A stretch of 64,000 nucleotides of DNA from an uncultured Chloroflexia bacterium (GTDB lineage Bacteria > Chloroflexota > Limnocylindria > Limnocylindrales > CSP1-4): positions 23,679 through 87,678 of the forward strand of contig CAVYGH010000011.1 of the NCBI GenBank assembly GCA_963767945.1. The letters are read 5' to 3'. Under the pieces are notes generated by a model that was not told where the DNA came from, did no database searches, and saw nothing but the letters and a program-made list of their open reading frames with translations. Within the stretch, counting starts at the first letter, position 1. Each line of letters starts with the position of its first letter. The position numbers were made by a program, and so were the translations under genes. This document shows, in pieces, positions 8,982 to 18,225 of the stretch.

Positions 8982-10469
8982 GTGAAGGTGGACCGGAGTA
9001 TAGCCGAGGGCCCCGACGGCCCCCTCTCGCCCGGGTCCGAAGTCGGCCGCCCCGCGGCGGTCATCGTCGGGCTCTTGCTGGCGTTGGGCGCGCTCGCGCT
9101 CTACACGTGGTCCAACCCCGAGCACTACAACCAGTACAACCATTTCGTCTGGCAGGCGGACGCCTTCCTCCACGGAAAGGTTTCGTTCGACTGGCCGGTG
9201 CCCGACTTCTCCGACCGGCCCGCCAACTGGTACTTCAACGACATCTACCCACTGTTCGACGCCAGCGGGCAGCCAACGGGTCAGGTCCTGCTCCCGTTTC
9301 CGCCCCTGCCCGCGCTGGTCCTGCTGCCGTTCGTGGCTGCCGTCGGGCTGACCGTGGATCAGGAGGCGATCGCGGCCGCCCTGGCGGCCATTGGCGTCGG
9401 CATCGCGTACTGGATGCTCGGCGGCCTGCGGATCCGGCTGGCCGTCCGGGCGTTGACGACGATCCTGTTCGCGACCGGGACGGTCTGGTGGTGGGCGGCG
9501 GCGGTCGGCAGCACGTGGTACCTCGCCCACCTCGTCGCCGTGATCGCGGCCCTGCTGGCCGTCGGCGTGGCGCTCCGCCACGACCCGCGCGCCGGCGCCG
9601 ACGACGTGCGGGACGACGGGGCGGACGGCGCGGCCGCAGCGAACGGCGACGACGAGGACGGCGGGTGGCGGTCGGCGGTCTGGCCGCTCGACGGCTCGCA
9701 GGTCCTGGCCGGGCTCCTGCTCGGCATCGCGGCGACGGCGCGCCTGCCGCTCGTGTTCGCCGCGCCGTTCTTCATCCTCGTGGGCGGCGGCGGGACCCGC
9801 GCGCGCCGCCTCGTGTCGGCGGGGATCGGCGGCGTCGTCCCGGTGGCGGCCCTCCTCCTCTACACGCAGCTCACCACCGGCGCCTGGCTGCATCCGGGCT
9901 ACGACTACCAGTACCAGCTGGAGGCGAACGGCTACCCGACGCTCGGCTACCACCCCGAGTGGTCGGTCGAGGACCTCCGCTACATCCCGCAGAACCTCGG
10001 CATCATGTTCGGCGCGCTGCCCGTCATCGCGCCCGACGTGAAGCCCAACACCCTCGGCTTCGGCGACACCGTCGTCCTGTGCACGGCGCCCGGGGCCCAG
10101 CGGTCGCTGCTCGATCCCGACTGCCCCCTGGTCATGCCGATCGACATCGGGACGAGCATCCTGCTGAGCGCGCCCGGCCTCCTGATCGCGCTGTTCGCCA
10201 TCCGCCGGCACCCGCTCGCCCGCCTCACCGTCGGGGTGGGCGTGACCGTGGTGGTGATCGCGCTGTTCAACCTGGCGCACTTCAGCCAGGGCTGGGTCCA
10301 GTGGGGCTATCGCTTCTCGCTCGACTTCATCCCGTTCCTGCTGCCCCTCGTCGCGCTCGGCGCCGGGCACGCCGACGGCCGGCCGCGGGGGGTGGCGATC
10401 GCGCTCGTGATCGCCGGTGCGGCGATCAACCTGTGGGGCGTGGTCTGGGGCCAGCTCCTTGGCTGGTAG
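8982..10469 (+). CDS. Integral membrane GT-C fold glycosyltransferase (ArnT/PMT_2-like)
   Basis: ORF track 495 aa, divergent from the giant gene. It has about 10 or more hydrophobic spans and a first-loop 'WQADAFLHGK...FNDIYPL'. The start is 8982 or 8988 (both GTG). Confidence 0.6.
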   Translation: MKVDRSIAEGPDGPLSPGSEVGRPAAVIVGLLLALGALALYTWSNPEHYNQYNHFVWQADAFLHGKVSFDWPVPDFSDRPANWYFNDIYPLFDASGQPTGQVLLPFPPLPALVLLPFVAAVGLTVDQEAIAAALAAIGVGIAYWMLGGLRIRLAVRALTTILFATGTVWWWAAAVGSTWYLAHLVAVIAALLAVGVALRHDPRAGADDVRDDGADGAAAANGDDEDGGWRSAVWPLDGSQVLAGLLLGIAATARLPLVFAAPFFILVGGGGTRARRLVSAGIGGVVPVAALLLYTQLTTGAWLHPGYDYQYQLEANGYPTLGYHPEWSVEDLRYIPQNLGIMFGALPVIAPDVKPNTLGFGDTVVLCTAPGAQRSLLDPDCPLVMPIDIGTSILLSAPGLLIALFAIRRHPLARLTVGVGVTVVVIALFNLAHFSQGWVQWGYRFSLDFIPFLLPLVALGAGHADGRPRGVAIALVIAGAAINLWGVVWGQLLGW

Positions 10470-12066
10470 CCGCAACGGGCGGCTCGGCCGCATCGACCCC
10501 GCCTACCCGGCGGGCCTCCTGACCGGCATCGGGGCGTTGGTCGTGTACCGGTCCACGCTGCTGCCGGGCCTGGGCGCCTGGGACACGGGCGAGGCCCAGA
10601 CGGTGCTGCCGATCCTCGGCACGATGCACCCGACCGGCTTCCCGGCCTACGCGCTGCTGGGCTGGGTCGCATCGGTGGTGCTCGGGCCGTTCGGGTCGCC
10701 GGCGTTCGCGATGAACCTGCTGTCGGCCGTGCTGGTGGCCACGGCGGTCGGGATGGCCGTCGTGGTCGTCCGTCGCCTGGACGTGCCGCTGCCGATCGCC
10801 GTCGCCGCCGCGATCGGGTTCGCGCTCACGCCCCTGGTCTGGCGGGTCGGCGTCGCCGCGGATGCCCACGCGCTCCACGCGGTGCTGCTGGTGGCGATCG
10901 TCGGCCTCCTCGTCCGTTGGGAGCGGTTCGTCGGCGACCGGAACGCCGAGCCGGACGATCCGCGCCTGCGCGCCCGTGCGGATCGCGCGATCGTCCTCGC
11001 CGCGGGTGCCTTCGGCGTCGGGCTCGCGAACCACGCCCTGATGCTGCTGCTCATCCCGGCCGTGGGACTGTTCGTGCTGGCCGTCGAGCCGGGCGTGCTG
11101 CGGCGGCCGCGGCTGATCCTCGCCGCGCTCGGGGCCTGCTTCGGGGTGGCCGCGCTGCTCTACCTCGAGCTGCCGCTGCGCGCGGGCCCGTTCCGGGCAC
11201 CGCTCGTCTACGGCCATCCCGAGACATGGACCGGCTTCTGGGACGTCGTGCTCGCCCGCCAGTTCCAGGGGGACATCACGCGCCCGCTGGGCGACATCGC
11301 CGGCAAGCTCGACGACCTGCTGTCGCTGGGTCTCCGGCAGTTCGGCCCGTGGCTGATCCTCGTCCCGTCGGGGCTGCTGATCGCGGCGGTCCGGCTGCCG
11401 CGCTACGCGCTCCTGTCGGGCGTCGCCACGCTGACGACGTGCGTCTTCGCGGCGTCCTACGAGAACGCCGCCATCGAGCGCTACTACATCGGCCCCGTGT
11501 TCTTCGCCTGGACGTGGCTCGCGATCCTTGGCGGCGCGGTCGCGGAGGCGATCGCCGCGCGATTCGGACCGGTCCGGAGCCCCGAGGACGCGCCGCTGGC
11601 CGCAGCGTCCACCCGGTCGTGGCGACCCGTCGGGGTGCTGGCCGCGGTCGTCGCGCTCGTCGTCGGCGTCGCGCTGGTGGTCCCGACCGCGACGCAGATC
11701 CAGTCGCGCTGGCGCATCGCCGACCAGAACCGTCCGACCTGGGTCCACGCCTGGCTGGACGAGATGTTCACGGCGCTCGAGCCCGATGCCGTCGTGCTGT
11801 CGTGGTGGTCGTACTCGACCCCGCTGTGGTACGGCCAGCTCGTGGAGCACCGCCGGCCCGACGTGTGGGTCGTGGACGACCGGACGCGGCTCGACGAAGA
11901 TCTGGGCGACGTCACCGACGTCATCGAGGCTAACCTCGACACGCGACCCGTCTACCTCATCCGCCAGCCGGCCGAGATCGAGGCCCTCTCCCAGCGTTAC
12001 CTGATCGAGCGGGTCGGAACCCCGGGCAACCTGTTCCGGGTCGTCGGCCGCATGGAGACCACATGA
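10417..12066 (+). CDS. DUF2723 (TMEM260-like) GT-C family membrane glycosyltransferase
   Basis: 'YRSTLLPGLGAWDTGEAQTVLPILGTMHPTGFPAYALLGW' is the hallmark DUF2723 N-terminus. The protein is multi-TM with a soluble C-terminal domain. The start is uncertain: GTG 10417 or TTG 10459, both overlapping the upstream gene. Confidence 0.75.
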   Translation: MRRSTCGAWSGASSLAGSRNGRLGRIDPAYPAGLLTGIGALVVYRSTLLPGLGAWDTGEAQTVLPILGTMHPTGFPAYALLGWVASVVLGPFGSPAFAMNLLSAVLVATAVGMAVVVVRRLDVPLPIAVAAAIGFALTPLVWRVGVAADAHALHAVLLVAIVGLLVRWERFVGDRNAEPDDPRLRARADRAIVLAAGAFGVGLANHALMLLLIPAVGLFVLAVEPGVLRRPRLILAALGACFGVAALLYLELPLRAGPFRAPLVYGHPETWTGFWDVVLARQFQGDITRPLGDIAGKLDDLLSLGLRQFGPWLILVPSGLLIAAVRLPRYALLSGVATLTTCVFAASYENAAIERYYIGPVFFAWTWLAILGGAVAEAIAARFGPVRSPEDAPLAAASTRSWRPVGVLAAVVALVVGVALVVPTATQIQSRWRIADQNRPTWVHAWLDEMFTALEPDAVVLSWWSYSTPLWYGQLVEHRRPDVWVVDDRTRLDEDLGDVTDVIEANLDTRPVYLIRQPAEIEALSQRYLIERVGTPGNLFRVVGRMETT

Positions 12067-12860
12067 CCGCTGCCCCCGCGCCGGCCGACACGGGCGTCCG
12101 CGCCGCCGACCTCGTGCCGCGGCTCTCGTACTTCTTCCCCGCCCACAACGAGGAGGCGAACCTCGAGGGGCTGGTCGAGGAGGCGCTCGAGACCCTGCCG
12201 CAGATCGCCGAGCGGTTCGAGATCATCGCCGTCGACGACGGGTCGACCGACCGGACGGCCGAGATCGCCGACCGGCTCGCGGCGGCCCACCCGGACGTCG
12301 TGCGGGTCGTCCATCACGCGGTCAACCGCGGCTACGGCGGCGCCCTCCGCTCGGGGTTCGAGGCCTCCCGCTACGAGCTGCTGGCGTTCACCGACGGCGA
12401 CCGCCAGTTCCGGGTCGCCGACATCGGCCGGCTGACCGAGCGCCTCAGCCGGCCCGACCATCCGGACGCCGCGGTCGGGTTCCGGATCAAGCGCGCCGAT
12501 CCGGTCATCCGCGTCGTCTACGCGCGGACGTACAAGCTCGCCAACCGCATCTTCTTCGGGCTCAAGGTCAAGGACGTCGACTGCGCCTGCAAGCTGTTCC
12601 GACGGGAGGCCCTCGAGGGCGTCCGGGTCGAGTCGGGCGGCGCGTTCTTCTCGGCCGAGCTCCTGATCAAGGTCGAGGCCGCCGGCCGGCACGTGGTCCA
12701 GGTCGGCGTCCCGCACTACCCGCGGACGGCGGGCTCGCCCACGGGCGCCAAGCCGTCGGTCATCTGGCGCGCCGTCAAGGACTTCTGGAGCCTGCGCCTG
12801 CGGATGTGGGCGAACCGCGAGCGGGCGGGCCGACGCGGCCGCCCGATCCTGGGCGCCTGA
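12063..12860 (+). CDS. GT2 polyprenol-phosphate hexose synthase (Ppm1/DPM1/ALG5-like)
   Basis: ATG overlaps the upstream stop (ATGA). Motifs: 'SYFFPAHNEE', 'IIAVDDGSTDRT', 'FTDGDRQF' and 'CACKLFRREAL', as in GT2 dolichyl/polyprenyl-phosphate sugar transferases. Confidence 0.8.
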   Translation: MTAAPAPADTGVRAADLVPRLSYFFPAHNEEANLEGLVEEALETLPQIAERFEIIAVDDGSTDRTAEIADRLAAAHPDVVRVVHHAVNRGYGGALRSGFEASRYELLAFTDGDRQFRVADIGRLTERLSRPDHPDAAVGFRIKRADPVIRVVYARTYKLANRIFFGLKVKDVDCACKLFRREALEGVRVESGGAFFSAELLIKVEAAGRHVVQVGVPHYPRTAGSPTGAKPSVIWRAVKDFWSLRLRMWANRERAGRRGRPILGA

Positions 12861-12894
12861 GCGCCGGTCGCCCACACCGGCCCGGCGGCCGGTC

Positions 12895-13500
12895 CTAGCT
12901 CGAGGACGAGCCGCCGCCCCGCTGCTCGCTGTCCGGGTCGAGCGAGTTGACGAACTCGCGGAAGATCGCGAGGCGCGTCTGGTCCAGCACCTCGCCCGTG
13001 GTCTCCGGAACGAGCGGCTTGCGGCGCCGCCCGGCCGTCGCGCCCGCCTCCTCGCCCTCGTCCTCCTCCTCGTCGTCGTCGTCCGGGACCGTGGCCGCGC
13101 GATCGAGCACCTCCGACGACGCGAACACGGGGACGCCGAGCCGGACCGCGAGGGCGATCGCGTCCGACGGGCGGGCGTCGATCTCGTGGCGGTCGTCGCC
13201 GCGGCTGAGCTCCAGGCGGGCGTGGTAGGTCTCGTCGGCGAGGTCGGTGATCACGATCCGCTCGACCGTCACCCCGAGGGTCGTGAGCACGGTGGCGAAC
13301 AGGTCGTGGGTCAGCGGTCGCTCGGGCGTCAGGCCCTGGAGCTTCATCGCGATCGCGCTGGCCTCCCACGGGCCCACCCAGACCATCAGCAGGCGGGTCG
13401 CGTCGACCTCGCGCAGGACCAGGACGTGGCGGCCGGTCGGCATGTGGACGCGGACGCTCTCGACGATCATCTCGATCTCGGAGCCGCGCTCGCCGTCCAT
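12895..13500 (-). CDS. Bifunctional nuclease family protein (BFN/DUF151) with acidic C-terminal tail
   Basis: 'VLVLREVDATRLLMVWVGPWEASAIAMKLQG...RPLTHDL' and 'DARPSDAIALAVRLGVPVF' match the BFN domain. It is followed by a 'DDDDEEEDEGEE' tract. Confidence 0.8.
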   Translation of the reverse strand: MDGERGSEIEMIVESVRVHMPTGRHVLVLREVDATRLLMVWVGPWEASAIAMKLQGLTPERPLTHDLFATVLTTLGVTVERIVITDLADETYHARLELSRGDDRHEIDARPSDAIALAVRLGVPVFASSEVLDRAATVPDDDDEEEDEGEEAGATAGRRRKPLVPETTGEVLDQTRLAIFREFVNSLDPDSEQRGGGSSSS

Positions 13501-13536
13501 GGACCGATTATCCCACGCGGTCGCCGGGGCGGCCCG

Positions 13537-14241
13537 TCAGGCCGCGAGCGCGGGCGCCGGCTGGTGCCGGATCCGGAACGGCAGCGCGAGCAGCACGCCG
13601 GCGAGGAACCCGGTCACGTGCGCGAAGAAGGCGACCCCGGTGTCGCCGGTCGCGCCGATCCAGCCGATCGCGTCGAGCAGGTTCAGCGCGAACCAGAACC
13701 CGAGCACCAGCACGGCCGGCACGGCGATCAGCTGGTAGAACAGGCCGAGGTAGACGAGCGACTGGATCCGCGCGCCCGGGAACAGCACGAGATAGGCGCC
13801 CAGCACCGCCGAGATCGCGCCCGACGCGCCGATCATCACGGCGTCCGAGGCCGGATCGACGGCGACCTGGCCCGCCACCGCCGCCACGCCGCCGACGACG
13901 TAGAACGCCAGGAAGGTCGGCCGGCCCATCCAGTCCTCGACCTTGTTGCCGAAGATCCACAGGTAGAGCATGTTCCCGAGCAGGTGGAACCAGTCCGCGT
14001 GCAGGAACAGGCTGGTCGCGATCGCCAGCACCGGCAGGGACAGCCAGTCGCCCGATCGGACCGATGCCGTCAGCTCCGACGGCACCGCGCCGTGGACGGT
14101 CAGGAACTCACCGAGGCCCGGGTCCCCGCTGCGCGCCAGCACCGCGAGCTCCCACGCGAAGGCCGCGCAGCAGACCGCGATCAGGGCCAGCGTGACCACC
14201 GGCGTCCGCCGAGTCGGGTTGGCGTCCCGGAGCGGGATCAC
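13537..14241 (-). CDS. Rhomboid family intramembrane serine protease
   Basis: 'HADWFHLLGNMLYLWIFG' and the catalytic 'GASGAISAVLGAY' motif are present. The start is moved to GTG 14241, 16 nt after the upstream stop. The ORF-track extension to 14589 overlaps the upstream gene and looks non-coding. Confidence 0.8.
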   Translation of the reverse strand: MIPLRDANPTRRTPVVTLALIAVCCAAFAWELAVLARSGDPGLGEFLTVHGAVPSELTASVRSGDWLSLPVLAIATSLFLHADWFHLLGNMLYLWIFGNKVEDWMGRPTFLAFYVVGGVAAVAGQVAVDPASDAVMIGASGAISAVLGAYLVLFPGARIQSLVYLGLFYQLIAVPAVLVLGFWFALNLLDAIGWIGATGDTGVAFFAHVTGFLAGVLLALPFRIRHQPAPALAA

Positions 14242-14257
14242 GGCCGACCGCTTCTCG

Positions 14258-16537
14258 TCAGCGCCGAGGCCGCTTCGTGGGCTTGGGGGTCTTCGCCGGC
14301 GCCGCCTTCGTGGGGCTGGGCGCTGGCGAGGCCGACGGCGACTCCTCGGGGGCCTCCTCGAGCAGCGCGCTGTTGAGGCCGTTGCTCGAGATCCACCACA
14401 TCGTGGACGGGGCGTCGGCATCGGCGACCGGCAGCACGTCGAGGCCCTGGAGGTCCGACCAAGCCTCGTCGCCCCCGGCGAGCTGGTACTGGCCGATGTA
14501 CTCGCCGTCCGACTTGTTGAAGGCCACCACCCGGTCGTTGGCGGCGTCGAACGCGTACAGCGCCCCGATGCGCTTGCTCGGGTTGCCATCCGCCAGGATC
14601 GGCGACGACAGCATCGTGTAGTCGCTGGTCGGCCGGAGCTGGGTGTCGTCCGGCAGGTCCGGTGCCCAGTTCGTGGCCGGGATCACGCGCTCGACCTCGC
14701 CGTTCTCGGCGGCAAAGATGTCGCCGTCGATCATGAGGTCGGTGATGCCGTCGACGGGGCGGTCCGTGGGCAGACGCCCAGTCCCGGCACTGTGGTAACC
14801 AGACCCATCACTGGATGGGTCGTAGACCATGATGTTCTGTTCCGACGGGTCCACCACGTACAGCTTGTAGAACGCGGCGTCGAAGTTGGCCACGAATGTC
14901 GCGAGCTCCTTGACGTCGTTCCCCCACGAGGCCGAGTTCTTGACCGGGATCCGCGCGAGCGTCCCGCGACCCGAGTTGCCGGCCGGACGCCAGCGCCAGA
15001 GCGTGTTCTTGCTGTCGAGGATCAGCACGTCCGGGCCGCCAACGGTGATCAGCTTGGGATCGGCGACGCGGGTGCCTGACGCCCGCTGTCCGGCCTTGAG
15101 GACGGGCGTCGCCGACTTCTTGGCCAGGTCGATCCGCCACACGGTCTTGCCGGCCGTGTCCAGCACGTACGGCGCGCCGTCGGCCCCGCGGACGAGACCG
15201 GCGAGCTGCACGGTCTTGTCCTTGGGGAACCGGTACAGCGGTGAGGACTTGACGTTGGTCATGCGATACAGGCGGTCGAGCCCCGCGAGCGCCGTCTTCC
15301 GCAGCGGCTCGATCTGCTCGAGCGGGTAGCCCGCCTCCTCGGCGGCGTCGAGCTGCTGGTACGCCGAGTTCAGCAGCTCCAGCGCCTGTCGCGGGTCATC
15401 GGTGATCAGGTCGACTCCGGGGCCGCTGACGCTGTCCAGGGCCTCCTGGGCGGCCTCGAAGGCGCTCTTGGCCGCCGTCAGCGACGGGATGGCGTCCAAG
15501 GGCTGGCGCTGCCCGCCGACGGCGTAGACGCCGAATACGAGCGCGCCGGCGACGGCCACGAAGGCAAGCAGGGCCACCGCGGCCCGCCGCTGCATCTCCA
15601 TGCGCGACGCCGTGCCGGTGACCTTCTTGCTGGGCTTCGACTTGCGCCGTGGCAGCATGTCCTGGATCCGCCAGATCGCCCGCTCGAACCCGTTGCCTGC
15701 GGCGCTCTTGGCCTTGGTCGCCCCGGCGCCGATGGCGGCCGCGCTCGCCGTGACGGTGTCGGCGAGCGGGATCGGCGACTTGTCCGGAGCGCCGGCGAGC
15801 GGCTCGGCGGGGCGCACCGGGACCAGGGTCTTGGCCTTGTGCGTCGCGCCGACCTCGTTGGCCTCGAACGCGATGGCGCCGTCGCTGCCCTTGCCGTCGG
15901 CCGCGACGAACCGGGCGTGGAGGTGCTCGATCGCCGACTGGGGATGGAGCGTGACGAGCGCGTCCTTGAGGGCGTCGGTGCCGATCTTGGCCACGATGTT
16001 CGCGGACACGAGGCACAGCGAGTCGCCGACCGAGAGCTCGCCGCGCCAGACCTCGGGCTCGAGGTTCTCGACCGGCAGGCCCCGATCCCGGTTCGGATCG
16101 GGCAGGGTGGACAGGCGGGCCTGGCGGATGAGGTAGGCCTCGGCCGGTCCGACCGTCGCCACGTACAGCTCGCGGCCGCGGACCACGGCCACCGCCACGC
16201 CGATCGGGCCGCCGTCGTCGCCCAGGTGGCTCATCCCGTAGCGGTCGCGCTGGTGGGCGAGGCGCTTGTTGGCGACGCCCATGACCTTGGTCAGGCACTG
16301 CCGGATCCCGGCCGACTCGTCGTAGTAGTACTCGTTGCGGATCGTGTCCGCGATCATCCGCGTCGCTTCGCGCGCCCGGTTGCCGGTGGTGCGCGACGTG
16401 ACCAGCAGGTACAGGTTGCCCTTCGACCGTGCGACGGAGCCGACGGACGGCTCGACGACCACGATGGCGTCGGGCGAGTCGGCGAGCTGGTCCTGCTCGG
16501 TGACGGCACCGAGCTTCAGCTGGAGGCGGACGGCCAA
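14258..16537 (-). CDS. Membrane protein: N-terminal PP2C-like domain with degenerate catalytic motifs, one TM segment, C-terminal beta-propeller-like ectodomain
   Basis: ORF track 759 aa. The PP2C-like spacing is kept ('LYLLVTSRTTGN', 'ELYVATVGPAEAYL', 'LCLVSANIV'). The TM segment is 'AAVALLAFVAVAGALVFGVYAV'. The C-terminus has repeated strand-rich blades. Confidence 0.6.
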   Translation of the reverse strand: MAVRLQLKLGAVTEQDQLADSPDAIVVVEPSVGSVARSKGNLYLLVTSRTTGNRAREATRMIADTIRNEYYYDESAGIRQCLTKVMGVANKRLAHQRDRYGMSHLGDDGGPIGVAVAVVRGRELYVATVGPAEAYLIRQARLSTLPDPNRDRGLPVENLEPEVWRGELSVGDSLCLVSANIVAKIGTDALKDALVTLHPQSAIEHLHARFVAADGKGSDGAIAFEANEVGATHKAKTLVPVRPAEPLAGAPDKSPIPLADTVTASAAAIGAGATKAKSAAGNGFERAIWRIQDMLPRRKSKPSKKVTGTASRMEMQRRAAVALLAFVAVAGALVFGVYAVGGQRQPLDAIPSLTAAKSAFEAAQEALDSVSGPGVDLITDDPRQALELLNSAYQQLDAAEEAGYPLEQIEPLRKTALAGLDRLYRMTNVKSSPLYRFPKDKTVQLAGLVRGADGAPYVLDTAGKTVWRIDLAKKSATPVLKAGQRASGTRVADPKLITVGGPDVLILDSKNTLWRWRPAGNSGRGTLARIPVKNSASWGNDVKELATFVANFDAAFYKLYVVDPSEQNIMVYDPSSDGSGYHSAGTGRLPTDRPVDGITDLMIDGDIFAAENGEVERVIPATNWAPDLPDDTQLRPTSDYTMLSSPILADGNPSKRIGALYAFDAANDRVVAFNKSDGEYIGQYQLAGGDEAWSDLQGLDVLPVADADAPSTMWWISSNGLNSALLEEAPEESPSASPAPSPTKAAPAKTPKPTKRPRR

Positions 16538-16583
16538 GCAACGAGCCTCATGGTGGGAGCGACGCGCGTCGGTATGCGGCGGT

Positions 16584-16603
16584 GACGGGACTCAAATCCC
16601 GTC
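16584..16603 (-). terminator. Hairpin downstream of the recF-DUF721 operon (no U-tract)
   Basis: GACGGGA-CTCAAA-TCCCGTC is a perfect 7-bp stem. It lies 23 nt past the DUF721 stop. Confidence 0.3.
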
Positions 16604-16625
16604 GGCCCGTCGGCGGGAGCCGCGA

Positions 16626-16997
16626 TTATACGCGTGGGCCCTGACCCGGCCCGGAAGCGCCTCCCGGCCCCACCCGGAGGCGCAGCTCGCGGGCCCGGGA
16701 GCCCCCGGGAGCGGCCGCGAACGCACCCAGCAGCTCGATGGCCCGGAGGCGCAGCTCCGACGCCACGATGGGCTCGTCCACCCGCACCACGAGCGCGTCG
16801 GGCTCGATCTCCTCGAGCCGGCAGGAGCCGACCGCCGGCGGCACGCGCTCGGCGACGATGGCGTCCCAGGTCGCGATCGCGCGGGCGAGCCGGAGCTCCT
16901 GGTCCAACCCCAGCCGGCGGGCGGCCTCGGGCAACAGCTCGCCGACCCGCGCCGGCCGCCGCCGGCGCGCGGCCGACTCCGGGTCGCGGTCGGTCAT
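16626..16997 (-). CDS. DUF721 (DciA-like) protein
   Basis: This is a small Arg-rich protein immediately after recF (ATGA overlap). The position and 'LARAIATWDAIVAERV...VVRVDEPIVASELRL' are typical of the actinobacterial DUF721 gene. Confidence 0.75.
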   Translation of the reverse strand: MTDRDPESAARRRRPARVGELLPEAARRLGLDQELRLARAIATWDAIVAERVPPAVGSCRLEEIEPDALVVRVDEPIVASELRLRAIELLGAFAAAPGGSRARELRLRVGPGGASGPGQGPRV

Positions 16998-18145
16998 GCG
17001 CCGCGACCGAGACGCGACGTGCCGTCGGGCGCCACGTCGACCGCCCAGGTGGTGCCCACGGAGCGCAGGCCCGGGTCGAGATCGTCGAGCGTGGTCGTCG
17101 TCACGAACGCCTGCGGCAGCTCGGCGATCCGCCGCACGAGGTGCGCCCGGCGCTCCGGGTCCAGCTCGGAGAACACGTCATCCAGGAGGAGCAGCGGCGG
17201 GCGTCCGTCGAGCGCCGTCAGGAGGTCGAGCTCCGCCAGCTTGAAGGCGAGGATCGCGGTCCGCTGCTGCCCGCGCGAGGCGAACGAGGCCAGCGGCCGC
17301 CCGGCCATCTCGAAGACGAGGTCGTCCCGGTGCGGCCCGATCAGCGTGGTCCCGTTCCAGACCTCCTTGTCGGCGGTCTCCCCGAGGCGCCGGGCCAGCG
17401 CGTCGCGCACCGATTCGCCCGGCAGCTGCGGGGCGTTCGTCGCGTAGCCGAGGTCCAGCCGCCCGGCGGCGGCCTCGTCGGGCGCGATCTCGGCATGCGC
17501 GGCCGCAAGGGGCTCGGCGAGCGCCTCGAGGAGCCGCTGCCGCTCTGCGCGCACCGCGCTGCCGGCGTCGAGCAGGGTGGCGTCCCAGAACGCGAGCTCC
17601 GCGCGCGTCGCCTGCTCCTCGCGGATGAGCCGCAGCAGCCCGTTGCGCTGCTGGAGGGCGCGACCGTACGTCGCGAGGTCCCGGAGGTACGCGGGCGACC
17701 GCTGCCCGGCCAGGCGATCCAGCGCCTCGCGACGAAGCGACGGCGAGCCCGCGACCAGCAGCATCTCCTCGGGGGCGAACATGACAGTCCGGAGCACGCC
17801 GACCAGCGCCGCCGCGCGCCGAGCCACGCCGTTCACCCGGATGCGCTTGCGGGCGCCGCCGGTCGCGCTGCGGACGAGCGCGACCTCGACGGTGTCCCGC
17901 GCCTCGCGGTCCGTGGCGGGCTCCCCGATCCGCGCCTCCACGCGGGCCAGCTCCTGGCCCCAGCGGACGAGCTCCCCGTCGGCCGCCGTTCGATGCGAGC
18001 GACCCCACGCGGCGAGCACGATCGCCTCCAGCAGGCTCGTCTTGCCGGCGGCGTTCGGGCCGAAGACCAGCTGCGGGCCCGGCGTGAAGACCGCGTCGAG
18101 GGCCGCGTAGCCGCGGAGGTCGCGCACCGACAGCCCGAGCAGGAT
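16994..18145 (-). CDS. recF: DNA replication/repair protein RecF (start codon unresolved)
   Basis: It has the Walker A 'GPNAAGKTSLLEA', 'FAPEEMLLV', signature 'SRGQQRT' and Walker B 'LLLLDDVFSELD'. The conserved N-terminus 'ILLGLSVRDLRGY' has no ATG/GTG/TTG before it. The coordinate given is ATC 18145; the first canonical codon is GTG 18127. Confidence 0.85.
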   Translation of the reverse strand: MLLGLSVRDLRGYAALDAVFTPGPQLVFGPNAAGKTSLLEAIVLAAWGRSHRTAADGELVRWGQELARVEARIGEPATDREARDTVEVALVRSATGGARKRIRVNGVARRAAALVGVLRTVMFAPEEMLLVAGSPSLRREALDRLAGQRSPAYLRDLATYGRALQQRNGLLRLIREEQATRAELAFWDATLLDAGSAVRAERQRLLEALAEPLAAAHAEIAPDEAAAGRLDLGYATNAPQLPGESVRDALARRLGETADKEVWNGTTLIGPHRDDLVFEMAGRPLASFASRGQQRTAILAFKLAELDLLTALDGRPPLLLLDDVFSELDPERRAHLVRRIAELPQAFVTTTTLDDLDPGLRSVGTTWAVDVAPDGTSRLGRGA

Positions 18146-18225
18146 CGGGGCGGCGCGGCCGCTCCCCGCGTCGTCCGGGAACAGGTTGGGCGGCGCGTCC
18201 GTCGGAGCGGCCCCCAGGACGTCCG

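Noticed and set aside
3100-8985. 1961-aa ORF on the plus strand, together with 2891..5899 and 6095..8686 on the minus strand
   Set aside because: These are shadow ORFs opposite to, or out of frame with, the 3640..8961 GT-C gene. The translations are Arg/Pro/Gly/Asp low-complexity typical of high-GC non-coding frames, and no motif was recognised.
14242-14589. N-terminal extension of the rhomboid ORF
   Set aside because: It overlaps the 3' end of the 14258..16537 gene and its translation is Arg/Pro-rich. The rhomboid core starts right after GTG 14241.
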